A stretch of 54,408 bases of DNA from Candidatus Doudnabacteria bacterium. GTDB lineage: Bacteria; Patescibacteriota; Doudnabacteria; UBA920; O2-02-FULL-48-8. Position 1 is the stretch's first letter, and each line of letters starts with the position of its first letter. The notes beneath the pieces were generated by a model that saw only the letters and a list, made by a program, of their open reading frames with translations, did no database searches and had not been told where the DNA came from. The position numbers and the translations under genes were made by a program. The stretch is from positions 1 to 54,408 of the forward strand of contig JAHFJG010000008.1 of assembly GCA_023246005.1 (NCBI GenBank), given 5' to 3'. This document shows, in pieces, positions 29,320 through 36,136 of this stretch.

Positions 29320-29841
29320 CTATTTGTACATTACTCTACCTTCAATAATACTGACATTAAGCTCAATCTTTAACTCTTTCAACAACTCTTTAAATTCAGG
29401 ATGTAATTCCCAAGGTCCGATCATTACGCTTTTTTGTAAATTAATAAATCCATTATCTTTTAGAAACCTTCTCAAGAACCTTCTTGCTTTGCGCTTGGCT
29501 TCAGGAATATCAAATATAACGATTGTTGCGAAACCGTTGACTTTAGTAATTTTCGGCTTCTTCGAATATGAATATTTCAAACTTTTGGCTCTGCCTAAAT
29601 CAGTGATAGTATAATAAAATTTCTTGTCCTTTTTGACTTTCTTGATTAAACCTTTTCTATTCAATTCCCAAAATGCCCGGGAAACCTTATATCGATCGTA
29701 ATAACGTAGTCTTTGAATGTGATGATTCTTGCCTTCGAATGGATAAGGAATCGCTTCCCCAATATCTCTCAAAAACCACAAAATCTCGTTTGTGACCGAC
29801 TCAACCCTATTTCTTATTTTCCTTTTAGTTGATCTGTTCAT
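29320..29841 (-). CDS. wHTH + Cas2-like/PaaX central domain protein (copy 1)
   Basis: LNRKGLI..YTITDLG wHTH; IVIFDIPE..RRFLKDNGFINLQKSV. Confidence 0.8.
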   Translation of the reverse strand: MNRSTKRKIRNRVESVTNEILWFLRDIGEAIPYPFEGKNHHIQRLRYYDRYKVSRAFWELNRKGLIKKVKKDKKFYYTITDLGRAKSLKYSYSKKPKITKVNGFATIVIFDIPEAKRKARRFLRRFLKDNGFINLQKSVMIGPWELHPEFKELLKELKIELNVSIIEGRVMYK

Positions 29842-29849
29842 ATCAAGTA

Positions 29850-29884
29850 TACGTGTTTTGACCGATCGGATATTTTACGTATAA
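29850..29884. repeat. palindromic direct repeat, upstream copy (PaaX-like gene 1)
   Basis: TACGTGTTTTGACCGATCGGATATTTTACGTATAA, abutting -10 TATACT. Confidence 0.88.
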
Positions 29885-29912
29885 ACACAAAATTTTCTTC
29901 TATCAAAAATGT

Positions 29913-31034
29913 TTAACTAAATATCCTTTGGAACAAATGCTTGAATTGCGTGCCATAATGATTTACGTCCTTGAACGTGACAACGATCATAAGCAAAATC
30001 AATAACGCAAAGCCGATTGTGTTGGCGATTTGTTCAACCTTTATATCTAGTTTCCGGCCGCGGATTTTTTCAATTATCAGAAACAAGACTCGCCCGCCGT
30101 CCAAGGCTGGAAACGGTATGGCGTTGATAATTGCCAAATTCACTGACAAGACAGCTATAAATTGCAAAAGATAAATAAACCCAAGCGCCGTGACATCGCG
30201 GGTCAAAACCGCAATGCCCACCGGGCCGGAAAGCGCGGCCGCCACCTGCTGGCCTTGCAAAAACTGTACGATTAAAGACATGAAGGTTGTCAAAGTTAGA
30301 GCAATCAAACCAAAAACTGCTATGGCTCCCCTGAATGGGGCTTCATACCAAGGATATGAAACAAACGCCACGCTTGCCAATGCCACTCCCAGCGGTCCTT
30401 GGCCTTGTGGCGGATTAAGACGCGGGGTAATTGACCGGTCAAACACATCAGACCCGCGTTTAATCGTATACGTCGTTGCTTGACCAGCGTCTTTCTCTGT
30501 GGCGGTCTGCGCATCTTGAATGGAATTAATCGGCTGATTATTGATTTTTAAAATTGAATCGCCAACTTTCAGTCCAGCCACAGCAGCAGGAGTGTTGTCG
30601 CCGACCTCAACCACTCCAACACTGACTGTACTAATGCGCGCTGATTGCGGAAGCTGGTCACCCTCGCCAATTATAGTCGGTAACCCCAGTCCCATGCCAA
30701 TTGAAATCAAAACCCAGGCCAAAACAACGTTCATGGACACGCCGGCAATCAAAACCGTGAATCTCTGCCATGCTGATTTGTTGCCAAAACTTTCTGGATC
30801 TGATAAATCAGAACCATCTTCACCGACAATTTTTACAAATCCGCCAAGTGGAATTAGATTAATCGAATAAAGAGTTTGGCCGCGCCTGATGCCAAACAAT
30901 CTTGGCGGAAAACCAAATCCAAATTCATCCACCCGCATACCAGCTCGTTTGGCCATGACAAAGTGCCCGAGTTCATGCACAAACACGAGAATGCCGAGAA
31001 TGATTATAAAGACGATTATGGTAAGTAGGATCAT
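29913..31034 (-). CDS. rseP: RIP metalloprotease RseP (M50) with PDZ domain
   Basis: HELGH, NLIPLGGFV, NAIPFPALDGG. Confidence 0.95.
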   Translation of the reverse strand: MILLTIIVFIIILGILVFVHELGHFVMAKRAGMRVDEFGFGFPPRLFGIRRGQTLYSINLIPLGGFVKIVGEDGSDLSDPESFGNKSAWQRFTVLIAGVSMNVVLAWVLISIGMGLGLPTIIGEGDQLPQSARISTVSVGVVEVGDNTPAAVAGLKVGDSILKINNQPINSIQDAQTATEKDAGQATTYTIKRGSDVFDRSITPRLNPPQGQGPLGVALASVAFVSYPWYEAPFRGAIAVFGLIALTLTTFMSLIVQFLQGQQVAAALSGPVGIAVLTRDVTALGFIYLLQFIAVLSVNLAIINAIPFPALDGGRVLFLIIEKIRGRKLDIKVEQIANTIGFALLILLMIVVTFKDVNHYGTQFKHLFQRIFS

Positions 31035-31039
31035 TAAAT

Positions 31040-31097
31040 TGAATTATGAATATCGAATTAGGAATTAGTGCCCGGGATTCCTGATTCCTGATTCCTA
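31040..31097. repeat. inverted heptamer arrays between frr and rseP
   Basis: GAATTAT/GAATATC/GAATTAG/GAATTAG facing (GATTCCT)x3. Confidence 0.7.
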
Positions 31098-31655
31098 AAT
31101 TGTCATTACTTCTTTTTCTTTGGCCTCTGAAACTTTCTTGATTTCGTCATTGTATTTATCCACGATTTTTTGCAATTCTTCACGCCCGGAAATTTTGTCA
31201 TCTTCGCTAATATGTCCATCTTTTTCCATTTTTTGGATTTCTTTCCAAATATCTTCTCTGGCATTACGAATTGAGACTCGCGCCTTCTCACCCATCTGGC
31301 TGACAATCTTGACTAATTCTTTTCTTCGCTCTTCTGTCATCTGCGGGATCGTGAGGCGAATATACGTGCCGTCATTCACAGGATTAATTCCCAGATTTGA
31401 AGTTTGCACCGCTTTCTCAATATCCTTTAAGGCGTTTTTGTCATAGGGCTGAATCGCGATTGAACGCGGCTCCGGTACTGTAATCTGGGCAATCGCAATC
31501 AGTTCGGCAATGGAACCATAATATTCTACTTGCAAATGCTCGACTAATCCGGCTGACGCGCGCCCGGTTCGCAAAGTTGCTAATTCAGATCTTAAATGCT
31601 CCAAGGTTTTCTGAAACTCTGATTCTTTTTTGGAAATTATATCGTGATTGAACAT
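31095..31655 (-). CDS. frr: ribosome recycling factor
   Basis: LRTGRAS, IQPYDK, TEERRKELVK. Confidence 0.97.
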   Translation of the reverse strand: MFNHDIISKKESEFQKTLEHLRSELATLRTGRASAGLVEHLQVEYYGSIAELIAIAQITVPEPRSIAIQPYDKNALKDIEKAVQTSNLGINPVNDGTYIRLTIPQMTEERRKELVKIVSQMGEKARVSIRNAREDIWKEIQKMEKDGHISEDDKISGREELQKIVDKYNDEIKKVSEAKEKEVMTI

Positions 31656-31656
31656 A

Positions 31657-32721
31657 TTATTGTCTTGGGGCGGCTAATCCCAAATAAATTAAATTATTGG
31701 CTTGGGGATTGATTAATATCCTACGCACTTCTGATTGAGTGGGCAAAATTTTCGTTTCCCAAGTCAAGCCGCCGTTCGCACTCTTAAATATGGTTGAGCT
31801 AACAGCTACAAACAAATTATTCGAATTGTTAGGATTAACTGACAAGGCAGACACACGAAGCGAGGTGTTCTTCTCGGGTAATCCCAAGAAAGACCAATTT
31901 ACGCCGTCATTAGTTGAACGATACAAACCTTCTTGCGTTCCTAAATATAACACTCCCGGCTGTCGCTGGTCTAATGCCATATCATAAAACGCGCTGACCG
32001 AAGACGGGGCTTGATCAAAGCTGCTTACCGAAGATTTAGTCAAAAGATCAGAAATCATGGTCCAGCTAATACCTTGATCCGTACTCTTAATTAATCCTTT
32101 ATGAAAAGTTAAGGCATAAGCCGTGCCAGAAGTATTAAACAGAATTTTCGTTATGCGATCAGCAAAATCTTTCGAAGCCTGCCACGTATGCCCTTTATCA
32201 ACTGAACGGAGAATTTCACCTGTTGTTAATCCTGCTAATACCAAAGAGTTGCTGCGCCCAACTGCTATGGACAAGACCGTATTATTTTTTGAAGGTTCGG
32301 TATAGATGTCGACCCAAGACACGCCGCCATCCAAACTTTTAATTATCTTGCCATTGGCGCCGACAATGCCAGCCGCATAAATTACATTTGATTGTAATGG
32401 ATCAAGCGCTATATCCGCAATTGTGATGCCAGATAATATATATCGCCAGGATTTGGCCGCATCTTCGGATTTATATATCCCGTTTGATGAACCCAGATAA
32501 AGCGTGTCTGGTCTGCTGGGATCAAATACCAGAGAGTTGACGCCGATGCCGCTGATGTCGCCTTTTTTTTGCAAAATATTGGCCGCGGAGTAAGTCTCGC
32601 CGCTGTCTTCTGACTTCACCACACCTCGTGTCCCAGTGCCCAAATCAAACAACCCGCCAGTCAAATCGCAGCTAGCCGCCATAAATGTTAAGCCTAAAAG
32701 CAGAATGAAAAATTTCTTCAT
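31657..32721 (-). CDS. BNR/Asp-box beta-propeller lipoprotein (YCF48-like)
   Basis: Lipobox AASC; repeated SxDxGxSW. Confidence 0.8.
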   Translation of the reverse strand: MKKFFILLLGLTFMAASCDLTGGLFDLGTGTRGVVKSEDSGETYSAANILQKKGDISGIGVNSLVFDPSRPDTLYLGSSNGIYKSEDAAKSWRYILSGITIADIALDPLQSNVIYAAGIVGANGKIIKSLDGGVSWVDIYTEPSKNNTVLSIAVGRSNSLVLAGLTTGEILRSVDKGHTWQASKDFADRITKILFNTSGTAYALTFHKGLIKSTDQGISWTMISDLLTKSSVSSFDQAPSSVSAFYDMALDQRQPGVLYLGTQEGLYRSTNDGVNWSFLGLPEKNTSLRVSALSVNPNNSNNLFVAVSSTIFKSANGGLTWETKILPTQSEVRRILINPQANNLIYLGLAAPRQ

Positions 32722-33455
32722 GTGTTTATCATCAAATTAGTTAGCAATAATTTTGAATTCACATTCTGATCCAGATATCGTCGGGACAAAGCGACTTGGC
32801 TGATTTTTTGAGCCAAATTTTTCGAAGCGCTGATATGCAGTTCAGTTTGCAGAATTTTGAGCCAAAGATCTAAAATATTTTTTATTTCTGAAGTTTCCAA
32901 ATCGGCAATATCATAAGCGGCAATTAATTTATCAGCCAGTTGTGCTTGAGTAAAAATTTTATAAAACTCCGCCGCTCTGCTAGATTCTTCAGTGACTTCT
33001 TCCGGCCTTTCCAAAACACCAAAAGTTATTTTTTGCGCACGAGACAAAATTGTTTTTGGCAGACGCTGAGCATTGCTTGTAATCAAAATAATATATGTGT
33101 AGTTCTTTGGCTCTTCCAGCGATTTGAGCAAAGCATTGGCTGCTTCGGTAGTCATCTCATCAGCGTGATTAATCACCGCGACTTTATATTTGGCTGAATA
33201 AGGCTTAAGAGCAAGTTTATAGATCAAATCGCGAATCTGCTCAATCTTAATGCCCTCGTTGCTATTGATTTCCAAAAGATCAGGATGGAAATCCTTGTCT
33301 GACCCAATTAACTCATGCGCCAATTTCATGGCAATGGTTTTCTTGCCAATACCTTCAGGCCCGGCAAAAATAAAAGCATGCGCCAGCTTGCCACGCTCAA
33401 GGCCGTTTTCCAAAAATTCTAATTGTTTCTTATGCCCCAAAATACCTTCAAACAT
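32718..33455 (-). CDS. holB: DNA polymerase III delta' subunit
   Basis: HAFIFAGPEGIGK, AANALLKSLEEP, TILSR. Confidence 0.9.
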   Translation of the reverse strand: MFEGILGHKKQLEFLENGLERGKLAHAFIFAGPEGIGKKTIAMKLAHELIGSDKDFHPDLLEINSNEGIKIEQIRDLIYKLALKPYSAKYKVAVINHADEMTTEAANALLKSLEEPKNYTYIILITSNAQRLPKTILSRAQKITFGVLERPEEVTEESSRAAEFYKIFTQAQLADKLIAAYDIADLETSEIKNILDLWLKILQTELHISASKNLAQKISQVALSRRYLDQNVNSKLLLTNLMINT

Positions 33456-33461
33456 GGCTGA

Positions 33462-33512
33462 ATTATAACAGTTTGGCCTAGTATTGACAAAAGCCTACAA
33501 ATTATGTATATT
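33462..33512. promoter_or_regulatory. bidirectional promoter holB / orphan ORF
   Basis: Minus TTGTCA-N17-TATAAT-6nt-ATG; plus TTGACA-N17-TATATT. Confidence 0.68.
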
Positions 33513-33550
33513 TTTATGTTGCACATTCCGTGCATGAAGGAGGAATATGC

Positions 33551-34039
33551 TTGAAGGGCATGATCGTTTACTCATTCGCTTGGCGAAAAAAAGGACACAG
33601 TCCTTGCAATATTCGCTTAGCAGAAGGAGCTAAGCGAATCATCGAAGCCCAGGACGAACCAGTTTTGGTTTTCGCCCAGCGCACTACAGCGCTGGTTCTC
33701 AAAGAGCTTAGCGTGGAATGTCAGATCGTACCGAAGCGGTCAAGTTACGAAGGATCCGAAGTGCTCACTCGGCAGCCCGCAGAGGTATTTAAGGAAAACG
33801 GAATCACTGAAGTCATTCCCGTGGCTCAGCCGTTTCTGCAACTGACGAAGTGCATTCAACTGGTTCACAAGGAAGGTTTTCGGACTCCGTCGTTTTTCAA
33901 ACTCGTGTCCCTGATCGGTTGGATCGGATTTGATCGAGAATCAGTTCAACCTTGGACGCGAGGTCTGTTCCGGCTGGTGTTCTACACTGCCAGACAGATT
34001 CTGTTCAGCTACAAGCCACCGCCAGAACTTTCAGAATAA
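33551..34039 (+). CDS. hypothetical protein (alpha/beta fold)
   Basis: GGAGG RBS 7 nt before TTG 33551; downstream of promoter. Confidence 0.65.
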   Translation: MKGMIVYSFAWRKKGHSPCNIRLAEGAKRIIEAQDEPVLVFAQRTTALVLKELSVECQIVPKRSSYEGSEVLTRQPAEVFKENGITEVIPVAQPFLQLTKCIQLVHKEGFRTPSFFKLVSLIGWIGFDRESVQPWTRGLFRLVFYTARQILFSYKPPPELSE

Positions 34040-34180
34040 CCTCCACTCCGTTAGCAAAACGGGAAATGAGTAATTTGCTTTAGAGAATCTATTTCTTCTC
34101 AAACTCTCGAATGAATCGCTCAGGACTCGCGGCATGTCGCTGCGGTCCCCCGTCTGCGGACGGAGAGGGAGGGTAGGCCG

Positions 34181-34540
34181 ATGTCGAACCCGAACCTGGT
34201 GGCCCCGGAGCTCGAGACCCTGGCGCGCGACCTTTCGCAGTCGTCTTCCGTTGAGGTGTTCTACCTCGACGACCAAGGCGCACCGCAGAAGGCCGCGTAC
34301 TACTCCCAATCATTGGGGGACGCCGTCCGTATCGAGATGAAACCACACCTCGTGGTAACTCGTCAGATACAGGACGACTCCGACCCCGAGAGCTGGAGTA
34401 CCGAAGATGTTTCCATCCCACTCGAAAGAGTGCTGATGGCCAACATCTCGGTGAGCGATGAATGGGCTCCCTCCGGGGAGATCCAGTCATCGCAGTGGGT
34501 CAACGGCCCCCACGGCAAACTCCTGCGGCTCGTGCCGTAG
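34181..34540 (+). CDS. hypothetical protein, GC-rich
   Basis: GGAGGG RBS, GC-rich third codon positions, followed by hairpins and terminator. Confidence 0.6.
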   Translation: MSNPNLVAPELETLARDLSQSSSVEVFYLDDQGAPQKAAYYSQSLGDAVRIEMKPHLVVTRQIQDDSDPESWSTEDVSIPLERVLMANISVSDEWAPSGEIQSSQWVNGPHGKLLRLVP

Positions 34541-34626
34541 GAGTTCAGGGGACCCGCGGCAATCATGCAAAGTGCTGATGGGACATTCTCCCATCCCCGG
34601 CAACAGCTTGTCTGTTGCCGGGCACG

Positions 34627-34672
34627 CCCCGTACCGTCCGCCTCCGGCGGACTGGTGCGGGGTTTTCTTTTT
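34627..34672 (+). terminator. GC-rich intrinsic terminator
   Basis: CCCCGTACC-GTCCGCC-tcc-GGCGGAC-t-GGTGCGGGG followed by TTTTCTTTTT. Confidence 0.72.
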
Positions 34673-34716
34673 GCCCAAAATTATTACTAACTGATTATTA
34701 GTAATATATTACATAT

Positions 34717-34754
34717 TGTCTATATTTTTGTCCGATCGGTCAGTTTTTTAGACA
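34717..34754. repeat. 38-bp palindromic direct repeat, downstream copy (PaaX-like gene 2)
   Basis: TGTCTA-TATTTTT-GTCCGATCGGTCA-GTTTTT-TAGACA, 1 nt from the stop codon. Confidence 0.88.
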
Positions 34755-34755
34755 G

Positions 34756-35229
34756 CTAAAAATTATAGTTTATTTTTCCATCAATAATTGAAACATGTGG
34801 TCGAATATTTAATTCTTTAATTATTTGCTTAATATCATCAGTAACAATAAACGGCGCGATCAGTACGCTCTTTTGTAAGTTAATATAACCGCTTCTTTGC
34901 AAATGCCGACGAAAAATTGTGCGTTGCCTGGATTTTTCTTCAGGAATATCAAAAATTATAATGGTACTCAAGCCATCTTGCCTATTTCTTTTTTGGATTG
35001 GTTTATGTAGTAAGCCCCTGCCTTTTGCTGTTAAAAAATATGCGCTTCGACTTCCTGATTTTTTCTTTAAAATCATACCTCGTTTTTCTAGCCTATTAAG
35101 CGTAGCATAATAGGTTGCTCTTGGAATTGGCCTAAATCGCAATTTACCTGGAGGAGTGGTTATAAAAGTTAACAAGCCGTCCGCGGCCTCATCTATCATT
35201 TGTAGTAAATATTCGGCATAACTATTCAT
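34756..35229 (-). CDS. wHTH + Cas2-like/PaaX central domain protein (copy 2)
   Basis: LNRLEKRGMI..YFLTAKG; IIIFDIPEEK..FRRHLQRSGYINLQKSV. Confidence 0.8.
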   Translation of the reverse strand: MNSYAEYLLQMIDEAADGLLTFITTPPGKLRFRPIPRATYYATLNRLEKRGMILKKKSGSRSAYFLTAKGRGLLHKPIQKRNRQDGLSTIIIFDIPEEKSRQRTIFRRHLQRSGYINLQKSVLIAPFIVTDDIKQIIKELNIRPHVSIIDGKINYNF

Positions 35230-35237
35230 ACATTGAT

Positions 35238-35275
35238 TGTATAATTTTTTGTCCGATCGGTCAATATTTTATACA
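35238..35275. promoter_or_regulatory. 38-bp palindromic direct repeat, upstream copy (promoter/operator)
   Basis: TGTATA-ATTTTTT-GTCCGATCGGTCA-ATATTT-TATACA; minus TTGACC-N17-TACAAT-6nt-ATG. Confidence 0.85.
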
Positions 35276-35301
35276 TTGTCACAAATCTTAATAGATAAAA
35301 T

Positions 35302-35380
35302 CGACAAAAATCAGTAGGTTCTTTTGGATTGATCCTGCAACACTTTTGCGAGGTTCAACTGAACTTACTGATTTTTTTCG
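35302..35380. repeat. long imperfect hairpin
   Basis: AAAAATCAGTAGGTTC / GAACTTACTGATTTTT with inner TTGATCCTGCAA / TTGCGAGGTTCAA. Confidence 0.65.
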
Positions 35381-35390
35381 TGCGAATTAG

Positions 35391-35537
35391 GCCCAGTATA
35401 TCAACTTCGATAATGGTCTGTCTGCTTTTGCGATCTAGTAAAATTAAACTCTCAATTTTACGTCGATGAACGATCTAGCTTTGATCGGTCCAACCATTTG
35501 AACGCAAAAGCGATCGAAGTTGTATTACTGGGTGGGC
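35391..35537. mobile_element. MITE-like element with pseudoknot-like core (copy 2)
   Basis: CCCAGTA-TAT-CAACTTCGAT / ATCGAAGTTG-TAT-TACTGGG; same internal blocks as 3194-3340; flanks TTAG/TTAA. Confidence 0.65.
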
Positions 35538-35549
35538 TTAACCATAATC

Positions 35550-35578
35550 AGCTTAGATTATCAAAATTTGAGCGTCAA
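35550..35578 (-). promoter_or_regulatory. candidate sigma70 promoter pointing into element copy 2
   Basis: TTGACG-N17-TAAGCT. Confidence 0.5.
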
Positions 35579-35664
35579 AATAATTTATTATTTATCAAAA
35601 ATATAGCTTTTTTCATAGCGCTGTGTAGAACCTGTGAGCAAACCGTGAGTAAGCAGTGGAGTGG

Positions 35665-35697
35665 ATCCCCGCTTTCGCGGGGATGGTTTTTATTTTT
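35665..35697 (+). terminator. GC hairpin terminator
   Basis: ATCCCCGC-tttc-GCGGGGAT followed by GGTTTTTATTTTT. Confidence 0.55.
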
Positions 35698-35714
35698 AAA
35701 ATGCTCAAAAATAA

Positions 35715-35960
35715 AAAACCAACTTAAAAACCACCTTACGGTGATTTTTAATTGAACCGGTGTGCTGCCAAACCCGCTAACTTCGCTCTTACGAACTCCA
35801 CTAGCCTGGGAATTGGTCCAAGAGGTTGCCCTTACTTGTTCTACACCCAAGTCGTTTCTTACTTAAGCGTACCAATTCGGATTCAACAGTGCCTGATCCT
35901 CGAACAGCCTTTTTAGAGCCGTCCTGCCTAATAAAGATTGCTCTTTACCAAGACCATGGT
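35715..35960 (-). ncRNA. candidate structured non-coding RNA (~245 nt), family not recognised
   Basis: Promoter TTGACC-N17-TATAAT (35967-35995), terminator hairpin 35724-35751, several G-U-containing helices and GNRA loops on minus strand. Confidence 0.7.
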
Positions 35961-36038
35961 GAAAGCATTATAGAAACGACAAAAATATCGGTCAAGGAAA
36001 AATAAAAACCTATGCAAATCATAGGATTTAAAGATTTT

Positions 36039-36090
36039 TTATCCAAATTGTGCATAAACTGTGCGTAAACTTTGGATAATTTGTGCAGAA
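36039..36090. promoter_or_regulatory. cluster of five DnaA-box-like 9-mers
   Basis: TTATCCAAA, then TGTGCATAA, TGTGCGTAA, TTTGGATAA, TGTGCAGAA at 11-bp period. Confidence 0.6.
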
Positions 36091-36136
36091 AAAACCGCAT
36101 TAATTGCAAATGTCAACCTAGCAGGCGAAGTCTGGC

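Noticed and set aside
29320..35229. CRISPR-Cas locus suggested by Cas2-like domains
   Set aside because: No cas1 or effector genes and no repeat-spacer array; the repeats occur only in pairs around genes
35620..35660. SRP RNA helix 8 look-alike (CC-GTGA-GTAAGCAG)
   Set aside because: Conserved CAGG side of the loop and the long closing stem are missing
35498..35850. ORFs 35575-35850 (-) and 35498-35755 (+)
   Set aside because: TTG starts without RBS, cross terminators and structured elements, no recognisable protein features
36000..36130. Replication origin
   Set aside because: No dnaA or dnaN nearby and no switch in gene strand bias; kept only as a DnaA-box cluster
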